The notes beneath the pieces were generated by a model. The model did not search any database, was not told the DNA's origin, and saw nothing but the letters and a program-made list of their open reading frames with translations. Shown one piece after another: positions 9,010 through 17,516 of a stretch of DNA of 26,163 bases. The position numbers were made by a program, and so were the translations under genes. Within the stretch, counting starts at the first letter, position 1. Each line of letters opens with the position of its first letter. The stretch lies in IMG/VR virus record IMGVR_UViG_2541047960_000003. One strand, written 5' to 3'. This stretch comes from a virus (taxonomy: Duplodnaviria > Heunggongvirae > Uroviricota > Caudoviricetes).

Positions 9010-9531
9010 TCAGCCCCCGATATTGATACGGTAGTCAGTCAGTTGATCAACACCTCCGACCCGGAAGATGTTGGCCAGATAGTCCAGTTGCAGCAGCTCT
9101 TCACCATCCAGTACCTGTCTGATATACGTGCAGGTGAAGCTACTGGAGAACTCGGCGTTCTCGTGCTGTTTGAACGTCCCCAGCGGGTTCTTCTTGAACA
9201 TAATCGTCAGGAAGGTGACCAGCGGGATTTCGTCAATCAGCCCCTGCGAGCTGTAGCGCTGGACGCTGGAACGACACTGCAGTGCCAGCGACCTGTACGG
9301 GTTCGCGGCAGACAGCATCGCATCGCGGTAAAAGCTGTTCCATTTGATTTCGCCTTCCAGTTTGTCAAAACCAGCCGGGAGTTCCACCTTACCCACCATC
9401 CCCAGCGCCTTGTGTTCCTGCATAATCATGGAGACATCGGGGAGTTTAACTTCCTCAGCCCGTCCCAGCAGGTTAGTACCATCCAGATAGATGTTGGCAT
9501 TCGTGATGCGGTTTATCTCAATCTTTGACAT
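9010..9531 (-). CDS. tail tube protein (P2 FII-like)
   Basis: 173-aa ORF immediately after the sheath gene (start overlaps sheath stop at 9531); size and position typical. Confidence 0.75.
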   Translation of the reverse strand: MSKIEINRITNANIYLDGTNLLGRAEEVKLPDVSMIMQEHKALGMVGKVELPAGFDKLEGEIKWNSFYRDAMLSAANPYRSLALQCRSSVQRYSSQGLIDEIPLVTFLTIMFKKNPLGTFKQHENAEFSSSFTCTYIRQVLDGEELLQLDYLANIFRVGGVDQLTDYRINIGG

Positions 9532-10958
9532 CAGTTGCCCCCTTTCAGGGTTAACAGGTATTCCGAGGTGATCTCAGTCTCAAACGTCAGTCGCTCCAGC
9601 GGCGGTGGTGGCGTATATTTGTAGCTCAGCAACAGGTGCCCGGCGGCCAGCTCCGTCTCCGGATTGCGGGCCGGATCAAACCAGCAACGGAAGCCCAGTA
9701 CCGCACCATCACCAGTCATTTTGCGACCGTAGGCGTTGACCGACTCCGTCAGTGCATCAATCAGCGCCTGAGTAATCGGCATGTCGATGTACTGCTGGCT
9801 GAAATAACGAATGGACTCGTTGATCACATCACCGGTGCGGCGAACGTTCTCAAAGTTACGCATATGGGTGACCGTTGGCCATGCTGCCGTCCGGTTACCC
9901 CACAGACGAAGGCCGCTGCCGTAACTGCTGAATACCGTGGTGATCCCCTGTTCGTTAAGCAGGTTCACCTCACTCTGCGGGTCATCAATCATCGCGGACA
10001 GCTGGCGCTCCACGCCGGTGATCCCCAGAATCTCCTGATTGGAGGATGACCACCAGTAGCCCTTGTCCAGATCGACTCTGGCACGCAGACCTGCTGCACG
10101 CTGGCTGAGCGGCTCCAGACGCTCTGTGTTTGTCACCGGGTCATATACCTTCACATGCGGATAGCACAGACGGACGCGGTCGGAGCTGGTATTGAAGTTG
10201 ATGGTGCCTTCCGGGCCACGACCTGCCAGAGCCTGTGCAAAGGTGGTACCGACAGGCGCATCAATGTAGGTTACCGCGCCCAGCTTCTCTGCCATGGCGA
10301 TAAGCTCAACTGCGACACTCTTCTGGGTGCAGAACACCGGCGCAATCAGAATTTTGGCGAAATAGCCGTACAGGTTGAAGCTGTCGTTAAGCAGCTTCAT
10401 GCCGGTTCGGTTTCCGGCGCTGTTCACCCCGCCGATGATGTCCGCCGCAGTCACCTTCGACGGGTCCGCGTACTCATAGCTCACCTTCACGCTGCCACCG
10501 GCCTCAATAGCCTTGCCCAGGTTCGTGAGCACACCCGCCTGCGCATCAACACGGTAGTCCGTGTTCGCCGTGTGGGTGGTGCTGCCTTCACTGTTTTTCA
10601 CCACCACATTAGCGACAACCGGATGCGCCAGTCTGGCCTGCCCTGTCGATTTGTCAAAGGTAACCACCTCATCCTCGATCGCCGTTTTATGTTTCGCCGG
10701 GTCGAGGACGTTAATGACCAGAACGGTACCTGCACCATGGTCATAAATCGCATCCAGCGCCTGCGGAATGGTAAAGCCGGTGAACTGGCTGCCAAATGCC
10801 GCTGCGTCTTTCTCAGACAGGCACTGTACCAGCGTATTGACATCCCCCATCGGGGCGGTACCAATCAGGCCAATAACGGCAGATTTCACCGTTTTAACCG
10901 GGCGGGCACCGTTTTCCACCTCAATGGTTTCGGGACCATGCAGATAGTTAGCTGCCAT
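9531..10958 (-). CDS. contractile tail sheath protein
   Basis: 475-aa ORF upstream of the tube gene; length and position match a myovirus sheath. Confidence 0.8.
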   Translation of the reverse strand: MAANYLHGPETIEVENGARPVKTVKSAVIGLIGTAPMGDVNTLVQCLSEKDAAAFGSQFTGFTIPQALDAIYDHGAGTVLVINVLDPAKHKTAIEDEVVTFDKSTGQARLAHPVVANVVVKNSEGSTTHTANTDYRVDAQAGVLTNLGKAIEAGGSVKVSYEYADPSKVTAADIIGGVNSAGNRTGMKLLNDSFNLYGYFAKILIAPVFCTQKSVAVELIAMAEKLGAVTYIDAPVGTTFAQALAGRGPEGTINFNTSSDRVRLCYPHVKVYDPVTNTERLEPLSQRAAGLRARVDLDKGYWWSSSNQEILGITGVERQLSAMIDDPQSEVNLLNEQGITTVFSSYGSGLRLWGNRTAAWPTVTHMRNFENVRRTGDVINESIRYFSQQYIDMPITQALIDALTESVNAYGRKMTGDGAVLGFRCWFDPARNPETELAAGHLLLSYKYTPPPPLERLTFETEITSEYLLTLKGGN

Positions 10959-11199
10959 GGGTGTCCTCCGTTTTCACTTCGCTGTCACTGCTGCTTCTGC
11001 GCTTTGGTGACTGCACAGCCGGTGTGCCGGCGGGTTTAGTCTCTTCAGGTACCGGCGTCAGATGTTTCAGCGCCACCAGTACCTTCACGTAGTCATGCTC
11101 CTCCGGCAGGGAAACCGTCTTCCCCGGCCAGAGCAGGATTTCGGTTCCGTCCGACAGCGTGACGCCGCTGGCCGGGCCGGAATAGCGGTATTCTTTCAT
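10948..11199 (-). CDS. small hypothetical protein
   Basis: 83-aa ORF; ATG at 11197-11199 overlaps the upstream TGA by 1 nt and its stop overlaps the sheath start, so translational coupling supports it. Confidence 0.4.
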   Translation of the reverse strand: MKEYRYSGPASGVTLSDGTEILLWPGKTVSLPEEHDYVKVLVALKHLTPVPEETKPAGTPAVQSPKRRSSSDSEVKTEDTHGS

Positions 11200-11663
11200 C
11201 ACTCGCTTTCCTCATAGTTCACTTCGGTTAACAGCGGGCCGGACGGTAAATCGCTGTCTTCGATAAAGACGCTTTCAGTCGCGAAGTCGAGGGCGTACTG
11301 CCACAGCCCCCTGACTTCACCGATAAACACCTCGCGGGTCAGCCAGATACGGCGGCGGCAGCCGGGCGGGGTGTGGCCACCGAGAATGCGGCGGACAGCA
11401 TCCAGGACATTAATCGCCCCTTTTTTACCGTTGAGCTGGCGGAAGACCACCGTGACGCAGAGCTGGATAGTCTGAGACTGGATCACTGCACCGGTATCAT
11501 CCGGCCTGTCAAAGCGCGAACCGGCATAGCTCAACAGCAACGCGCCAACCGGATGGTTCAGGCGATATTCAGCCGGTTTCTCCGGGAAGTACTCCACCTG
11601 CAGTTGCGGCAGCTTCTCGCGTAACCGGGCCAGTACCGCATCAAGGACGGGCAGAACGTTCAT
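11199..11663 (-). CDS. Mu gp37-like head-tail joining/virion protein
   Basis: 154-aa ORF, ATGA overlap with upstream gene at 11661-11665; assigned by synteny (Mu J/K position between head genes and sheath). Confidence 0.55.
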   Translation of the reverse strand: MNVLPVLDAVLARLREKLPQLQVEYFPEKPAEYRLNHPVGALLLSYAGSRFDRPDDTGAVIQSQTIQLCVTVVFRQLNGKKGAINVLDAVRRILGGHTPPGCRRRIWLTREVFIGEVRGLWQYALDFATESVFIEDSDLPSGPLLTEVNYEESE

Positions 11664-12109
11664 CAGTATTTCTCCAGTAAACCGTCACGACCGCCGAAAG
11701 TAGCCGGGCGACTGCGTACACGAAACTCGCCAGGCTCAGGCACATCTTTCTGAGTGGACGGCAGCCCCAGCGTGAGCCTGTTATCACGTAACTCCCTGAG
11801 TTGCCGCAGCGCTTCTTTGTGGTCATCCTTCACCGTATCCGGGAGGTCACCTTCCGGGCGGCGGGCGTAGAGCCGGTAACGGACCAGCGTGATGGCAATG
11901 TCCCGCAGAACAGTCGGTATCTCTGCCAGTGGCAGGATATAGCGTCCGCGCAGATGGGCATCAATCAGCTCGTCGGCATAGCGGATACAGCTGTCCACCA
12001 CACGGGTATTCACTGTTGCAGGTGAGTCGAAGTCCATCTCTTCACTGGTGAGCTCGATAAGCGTCCGCTCCGGCACCTGCGCAAGCAAATCCTCCAGGGT
12101 GCAGTACAT
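11663..12109 (-). CDS. Mu gp36-like protein
   Basis: Start reassigned to internal ATG at 12107-12109 (MYCTLEDLLAQ...), abutting the stop of the upstream gene at 12111; the longer track ORF (to 12271) would overlap that gene. Confidence 0.55.
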   Translation of the reverse strand: MYCTLEDLLAQVPERTLIELTSEEMDFDSPATVNTRVVDSCIRYADELIDAHLRGRYILPLAEIPTVLRDIAITLVRYRLYARRPEGDLPDTVKDDHKEALRQLRELRDNRLTLGLPSTQKDVPEPGEFRVRSRPATFGGRDGLLEKY

Positions 12110-12110
12110 G

Positions 12111-12449
12111 TCACACCCCGCGCAGGATACGAATGACGTCGCCTTCACCCCCGGCTTCATCAAGTGCAATACCACAGGATTTACCGTCGCCGGACTGCGG
12201 CACGGCTCTGGCCTGAGCATCTGACTGAACAGCCACACCACGGCTGACAGCGGCCCCGGCCTCGACAGCAATAATGCCCAGAACGCTCACCGGCGTGCTG
12301 TCGCCGGTAACAGCATCCACTTCGGCAACCCCGAGCGCTGCGGCACCGGCTTTACAGGGGGTATTATCTGCCCCGACAAAACGCTGCTGTGCCAGTGCTG
12401 CCCCTGCCGTTACGGTTGTGATCAGAATGACCTGCTGAGTGGTTCCCAT
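12111..12449 (-). CDS. small Ala/Gly-rich head-associated protein
   Basis: 112-aa ORF directly after the major head gene; possible capsid decoration protein by position only. Confidence 0.4.
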   Translation of the reverse strand: MGTTQQVILITTVTAGAALAQQRFVGADNTPCKAGAAALGVAEVDAVTGDSTPVSVLGIIAVEAGAAVSRGVAVQSDAQARAVPQSGDGKSCGIALDEAGGEGDVIRILRGV

Positions 12450-12458
12450 AACGCCTCC

Positions 12459-13412
12459 TTATTTACTGATACCGGTAATGAGATACCCGGCATCGCCACC
12501 AACCACGGCGACTTTGTAGATATCGGTATAACGGCAGTACTTCACCTTGCCACCGGCTCCGTCGTATTTGTCGGCAACAGGCATCCCCTTACGACGCAGG
12601 GTGTAGCCGAAGGACGGCTCGTTCTCGTCCGCGCTGTCCGCCCCCGGCTGCGGTTTGCCGACATAGTGCAGCATCAGATTGTCTCCCCAGATATCCGCCG
12701 GCACGCTGTTCTTATCCATTGCCGCTTTCATGGACGGCAGGGAGACTGGGGCACCGATGACGATCTCTTCGATCTGAAAGAGGTCCTGCAGGATTTCTGT
12801 GGTGATGCGCTTGCGTTCGTTGGCTCCGATGGCGGCCTGAATCGCCGGGTGGAACTTCAGCAGCGCCATCACGCCGGCCCCCATGGTCATCAGGTTAGGA
12901 CGCAGCCCCGTGGCCGTACGGACCGCTTCCATACCGGCTTCAATCACCCCGATGGGGTCCCCCTTACCACCGGCCCAGCGATCACTGGCTGTCAGTTTTT
13001 TGACGTGCCCGGTACGGTAGACCTTTTCATCCTGAGCCAGACGGGCAGCGATAAGTTCACGGCGCAGGTTCACGCCATTCGTGGCGCGACGGATGGCCTT
13101 GCTCTCTTCGTTAAACATGGACTCCGCCTGCTCGCGATAGTCCACCGGCGCAGCCAGATCGTGTTCACCCAGCACCAGGTCCAGCGTGCCTGTTTTTTCA
13201 CGGACCAGAACATTGCTGTCCGCCCCGACGGCACGCTCGGTGTCATATTCCACAAAGGCGGTTTTCCCGAAGGTCGGTACACGCACGCCTTCCTTGTCCG
13301 TCAGCACGACGGGGAAAATACGTTCGCCGATGAATGCGGCATTTTTATAGCCACGGGCGATACTGGTCAGTACCGGATCAACGACACGTTTACCTTTTAA
13401 GTAATCAGACAT
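12459..13412 (-). CDS. major head (capsid) protein, Mu T-like
   Basis: 317-aa ORF after the protease/scaffold gene; size and order (F-G-I-T) match the Mu head module. Confidence 0.75.
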   Translation of the reverse strand: MSDYLKGKRVVDPVLTSIARGYKNAAFIGERIFPVVLTDKEGVRVPTFGKTAFVEYDTERAVGADSNVLVREKTGTLDLVLGEHDLAAPVDYREQAESMFNEESKAIRRATNGVNLRRELIAARLAQDEKVYRTGHVKKLTASDRWAGGKGDPIGVIEAGMEAVRTATGLRPNLMTMGAGVMALLKFHPAIQAAIGANERKRITTEILQDLFQIEEIVIGAPVSLPSMKAAMDKNSVPADIWGDNLMLHYVGKPQPGADSADENEPSFGYTLRRKGMPVADKYDGAGGKVKYCRYTDIYKVAVVGGDAGYLITGISK

Positions 13413-13426
13413 GCTCTCTCCTTAAA

Positions 13427-13894
13427 TTACAGGCAGCGTGCGACAGCAGCCTCATAGCTGATGCCTTCTTTTTTGGACAGGGCCACTGCTTTCTGATGCA
13501 GGGCCAGACGCTCAGGATCGGCTTCCGCAAACTCTGCCACATCCACCTTCACCGTGTCGCCGACACGCTCTTTTGTGGCCTGTTCGGCGAAATTCATCAC
13601 CGGCTCCCCGTCGGAGAGCAATGAACGAAAGGCGGTGGCCAGCGGTGTGCGGCTTTCCCCCTCAGCAAACTCCACCGGCTTGTCGCCACCGGCGACGGCA
13701 TCCAGCAGGGCAACCACCACGGAGGAGGCGCGGGGAGCCAGACGGCCCTCTGCGACCAGTTTTTCTGCAAAGGCCACATTGTCCTTATGCAGTTGCTCCT
13801 GTCTGACCTGTGCATCACGCGCATCGCGATCAGCAGCCTGCTGCTTCAGGCGGCGGTTCTCCTCCTGAAGGGCTTCAATCTCTTCTTTTGTCAT
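13427..13894 (-). CDS. candidate nested scaffold protein (Mu Z-like) from internal in-frame start
   Basis: Internal ATG at 13892-13894 preceded by GAGGAA + 6 nt; would give a 155-aa coiled-coil product co-terminal with the I-like protein. Confidence 0.3.
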   Translation of the reverse strand: MTKEEIEALQEENRRLKQQAADRDARDAQVRQEQLHKDNVAFAEKLVAEGRLAPRASSVVVALLDAVAGGDKPVEFAEGESRTPLATAFRSLLSDGEPVMNFAEQATKERVGDTVKVDVAEFAEADPERLALHQKAVALSKKEGISYEAAVARCL

Positions 13895-14542
13895 CGATGA
13901 TTCCTCGTTACTTGCGGAAGACGGCCCCGGGCCTGTCTCACTGAATTGTGCACCTGCTGCATCCTGCGACAGTGTGTCGCGGTACGCCTCTTCGCGCAGA
14001 CTGTTGAGCTGCCATTCCGGCAGGACTTTTTCTGCCTCGTCCAGACTGAAGCGGGCGATCAGAAAATCGCGCAGCTTTCCCCACAGGGAGGCATTCGTGA
14101 TGGCCTGCCAGTCGGCGAACTCCACCACACCTTCTTCCTGCTCACTGAAGGACACCTGTTTCAGCCCCTTGATGGAAGGTGGCTGTGCCCCGAGAAAGCC
14201 CACATGGCGAAGGTAGAGCACGCCGGGCTTCGGATTGGACGGTGAATCCGGGAGGTAGAAAGAGGCGGACACTTTTTTGAATCGTCCGTCGGTGACCATC
14301 TCAGCAAACTGCGGGTCCAGCTGGGCAGGCTCTGCCATCAGATCGACGCCGCTGAGCGACAGGGCTTTCACCCAGCCCCACGCCGGGTCTTCCGTTCTGG
14401 GATGACCAATCACGAGTGGTGCTTCATGGACGGACGGGTCATAGGCTTTCACGCAGGCGGCAAGATCGTCTGGCGTGAACGGCAGTTTTTTGCCGTGCAT
14501 ATCGGTATGAGTACCGGCTTTAAAAATGTGAATGGCTGACAT
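13427..14542 (-). CDS. head maturation protease/scaffold, Mu I-like
   Basis: 371-aa ORF; globular N-terminal half, coiled-coil charged C-terminal half (EEIEALQEENRRLKQQAADRDARDAQVRQEQL); position upstream of major head gene. Confidence 0.75.
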   Translation of the reverse strand: MSAIHIFKAGTHTDMHGKKLPFTPDDLAACVKAYDPSVHEAPLVIGHPRTEDPAWGWVKALSLSGVDLMAEPAQLDPQFAEMVTDGRFKKVSASFYLPDSPSNPKPGVLYLRHVGFLGAQPPSIKGLKQVSFSEQEEGVVEFADWQAITNASLWGKLRDFLIARFSLDEAEKVLPEWQLNSLREEAYRDTLSQDAAGAQFSETGPGPSSASNEESSMTKEEIEALQEENRRLKQQAADRDARDAQVRQEQLHKDNVAFAEKLVAEGRLAPRASSVVVALLDAVAGGDKPVEFAEGESRTPLATAFRSLLSDGEPVMNFAEQATKERVGDTVKVDVAEFAEADPERLALHQKAVALSKKEGISYEAAVARCL

Positions 14543-14678
14543 TTTGCTGTCCCGCGTTATGTTGTCGGAGACAGTTTGTGAGAAATGCAGGCCCGGCGAT
14601 TTTAATCTGCTTTAGAAAACATCAGGGGAGAAGGACAGGGAAAGCAATGCGGTGAACCGGAGGCGGTTATAAAACAGA

Positions 14679-14710
14679 GGCTGTAAAGCCTTTATAAAGG
14701 TAATACAGCC
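14679..14710. promoter_or_regulatory. 32-bp near-palindrome in the G/I intergenic region; candidate internal late promoter or regulator site
   Basis: GGCTGTAaagCCTTTA|TAAAGGtaaTACAGCC: perfect 12-bp palindrome CCTTTATAAAGG nested within outer arms GGCTGTA/TACAGCC sharing one centre; lies in the only sizeable gap (14543-14756) of the head module. Confidence 0.3.
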
Positions 14711-14756
14711 CCTCATTCTCTGGCAATGATAAATCACCCGCCTGAAGAGAGAAAAC

Positions 14757-15215
14757 TCAGCGACGGGCCGCTGATTCAAGATGGCGGACAATGGTATCGA
14801 GGATGGGGATTACCACTTCAGGCTGTAGTTCTCCATCCCCCGTCACCGACAGGAACGGGCGGGCCGGAAGTTCAACAGACTCATTACGCCCCGTTTTACC
14901 CCCGAACTGGTGAATGGCACCGTAAACAACGTTGGTCCCCACAACAGCCTGCCGGTCGTCATGGTCGGTTGATACTGACCCCATCAGACGCCCGGTATCC
15001 TGCAGTGTCTGCCCGTCACGTTCTTCCGCTGCCAGCGAGGGCATCCACCCCGGACGCCCCTCATCAAGAAAGTTAAACTGTGTTTCCGCCAGCAGGGTTC
15101 CGGCGATTTTGTGCATCGCGGGCTCCAGGTCTGTGGCAGCAAGATCCAGCGCACGGAGGCTCCGGCGCAGGGATTTATCGTTAATGGTGATACTGACCAG
15201 GTTATCGGAAGCCAT
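14757..15215 (-). CDS. virion morphogenesis protein, Mu G-like
   Basis: 152-aa ORF immediately downstream of the F-like gene; size and position match Mu G. Confidence 0.65.
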   Translation of the reverse strand: MASDNLVSITINDKSLRRSLRALDLAATDLEPAMHKIAGTLLAETQFNFLDEGRPGWMPSLAAEERDGQTLQDTGRLMGSVSTDHDDRQAVVGTNVVYGAIHQFGGKTGRNESVELPARPFLSVTGDGELQPEVVIPILDTIVRHLESAARR

Positions 15216-15217
15216 TG

Positions 15218-16039
15218 TTATCCTCTCAGTTCCTGTTGTGCCAGTGGCTGAAGCGTACCCTGATAGCGGGCCAGGTCGGGACGGTATGCTGCCCCCGGTG
15301 CATAAGACCAGCCGACGTCGGTGGTCACCTTCGTGGTGCCGGTATTAAAGGTGGCCACGTTCCGCATTTCGCCGGTTTTCTCTGAGACCAGTTTCAGTTC
15401 CTGGCCCATGGCAGAGCCGGAGCTGATAACCTTCAGGCCACGGGCACGTACATCCGCCGCACTCAGGGCAATCACACTACAGCGGCAGCGCCAGCCGTTC
15501 GGCGGGTAAAATGCCTGCCAGAACGGGTCATCCCAGCGCAGCACCAGACCATGCAGCGCCAGATGGCTCCTGCGGGTATGGCTGTCGTTGATGCCGGTAT
15601 ACATCCAGTACGGCCTGTCGTCGACGTTTTCCATCTGTTCCGCCCAACGACCGGCGCTGTAGAGTACGGACATATTGGTGCGAAAGATGGTATCGAGCCG
15701 CCACGGACTGCCCTGCTGAATGGTGACCGGCTCACCCGTTACCGGGTCAGTCGTGTCACGTGGTCCCCACCATCCCTTACGCTTCAGCACCGGCTCCAGC
15801 TCCTGCCGGAACCAGCGATCGGTTTTTCCTTCATCGACAGCCTGCTGCAGTGCCCCGCGAATATCTTCCAGGATATCCAGGCGGGTCACTTTAGCAACGG
15901 TAAAGGCGCGGGCATGGGCCTCCTGCCACATTTCTTCCCAGTCCCAGGTAATCTGATACCCTTTGGACTTCAGGTAGTTGATTGCCCGCTTCGGGGGAAG
16001 CGTCATGCAGTACGCCAGTTCAGCCGTTGTCACGCTCAT
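15218..16039 (-). CDS. minor head protein, Mu F-like
   Basis: 273-aa ORF directly after the portal gene; conserved terminase-portal-F triad. Confidence 0.75.
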   Translation of the reverse strand: MSVTTAELAYCMTLPPKRAINYLKSKGYQITWDWEEMWQEAHARAFTVAKVTRLDILEDIRGALQQAVDEGKTDRWFRQELEPVLKRKGWWGPRDTTDPVTGEPVTIQQGSPWRLDTIFRTNMSVLYSAGRWAEQMENVDDRPYWMYTGINDSHTRRSHLALHGLVLRWDDPFWQAFYPPNGWRCRCSVIALSAADVRARGLKVISSGSAMGQELKLVSEKTGEMRNVATFNTGTTKVTTDVGWSYAPGAAYRPDLARYQGTLQPLAQQELRG

Positions 16040-17516
16040 GCAGACGCCCCCAGATATTTGTCACAAAGAGAATGCGGGCCAGCCGCTCCTGCAGATCGTC
16101 CGTGTTCATCTGAGGGTAGAGCTCCGCCAGTTCGCCCAGCAGCTCAGACGGGTTAACCCCATTTTCGACCCGCCTGAACAGAGGTGCCAGGACGGGTTCC
16201 AGCGTGCCATTTAACGCGCCTCCGTTCATCAGAATGTCCAGCGCGTCGTCAAGCTGCTGCTGAGCCTGAATATCAGCATCAATCGCCTCGGCAAATGACA
16301 GCGGCAGCATGTTATTCTGGCGTTCCGACGGTGGTGTCTCGTCAATATCGCCGTCCTGCAGTTGGTACTCACGCTTGAAGTACTGCGGGGTCAGACGCAG
16401 ACCCGCCCGGGTGAGTTTTTCGTCGCGGGTGGCACGGGTGTCATCAATGGCCTCCTGTTCCCACATGGCCCAGACCGGACACGGCACATCGCCGAAGTTC
16501 AGGGTGACCACCGTTCTGATGACCTGATTCACTGCCGCCTGAATGATGTCCGCATCCGCATCGCGGATATCAGCCGTTACCTCCAGCCCGGCCTGTGCAG
16601 AGGCCTTGTTACTGTTCGCTTCCGTGGTCTGATTCTGACCGAGTAATGCAATGGAGATCTCACTGCGTGACAGTGTGATCAGCTCGCGAAATACCTCGCT
16701 GCTGTCTGCCTTGCCATCCGCTGCCCTGAGCTCAATACTGCTGTCATCGGGGATGGCGGCCACCGCGTCCTCCACCATCTGCTCCATGGAGTCCAGCAGT
16801 TTTTCAATCTCTGCATCATTTGCGCCCCTCGGGTGCTTACCGATCACCCACGGGGAGCCAAACTTTTCGGCAAAGCGGAGCCAGAATTTCATCCCGCCTT
16901 TCTTGAAGGCGACCGGCCAGAAGCACATGGACAGGTCCGGGAAACCGTAAGGATTGTCATACGAGGCATCCTGTGCCGGCACCACGAATTTTGACGGTGA
17001 CAGCAGCTCACCCTCCACACCCGCATCACGCGCCCGGAAGCGCAGGCAGTTGTCCGTATCAAACTGAAACCACTCAGGCGGTTTGCCGACAATATCCGTC
17101 ACCGCCCACGACCTGACCGAACGGCCCCACATGATTTCACAGGGCTGATACCCGTAGAGCACGGCATCGCTCATTTCACCGATGATGCGGGACAGATCCA
17201 GATCGTCGAGCATGTCGCGGATGAAACGGAAGACCCGGGCAGAGGCGTGACCACGCTCCAGTCCACGCTCCAGCGATTTGAGCGCTGCTTTACGTCTGCG
17301 GATACAGCCCCCGACCAGCGGGTCGGTGCGCAGTTCGCGGTAGATACGGATATCCCGTCCCTGAGCCTTGAGAATGGGATCAGGATTGGGCAGATACATG
17401 CCCAGTCCGTAAAAGTCGATCGCGCGGCTGCGGGAGGCAATCTGCGCGGTCAGTGATTTCTGAGGCTCAGAAAAAGCAACAAATTCATCGGGTGAAACCC
17501 AGATACCCCTCGCCAT
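16020..17516 (-). CDS. portal protein (Mu gp29-like)
   Basis: 498-aa ORF; ATGA overlap with terminase stop at 17514-17518; size and position. Confidence 0.8.
   Translation of the reverse strand: MARGIWVSPDEFVAFSEPQKSLTAQIASRSRAIDFYGLGMYLPNPDPILKAQGRDIRIYRELRTDPLVGGCIRRRKAALKSLERGLERGHASARVFRFIRDMLDDLDLSRIIGEMSDAVLYGYQPCEIMWGRSVRSWAVTDIVGKPPEWFQFDTDNCLRFRARDAGVEGELLSPSKFVVPAQDASYDNPYGFPDLSMCFWPVAFKKGGMKFWLRFAEKFGSPWVIGKHPRGANDAEIEKLLDSMEQMVEDAVAAIPDDSSIELRAADGKADSSEVFRELITLSRSEISIALLGQNQTTEANSNKASAQAGLEVTADIRDADADIIQAAVNQVIRTVVTLNFGDVPCPVWAMWEQEAIDDTRATRDEKLTRAGLRLTPQYFKREYQLQDGDIDETPPSERQNNMLPLSFAEAIDADIQAQQQLDDALDILMNGGALNGTLEPVLAPLFRRVENGVNPSELLGELAELYPQMNTDDLQERLARILFVTNIWGRLHERDNG

Noticed and set aside
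10155-11039. 294-aa plus-strand ORF
   Set aside because: Antisense to the tail sheath gene; Cys/Arg/His-rich composition typical of shadow ORFs.
12110-12271. N-terminal extension of the gp36-like ORF in the track (11663..12271)
   Set aside because: It would overlap the preceding gene by 160 nt; the internal ATG at 12109 abuts that gene's stop, which fits the operon's coupling pattern.
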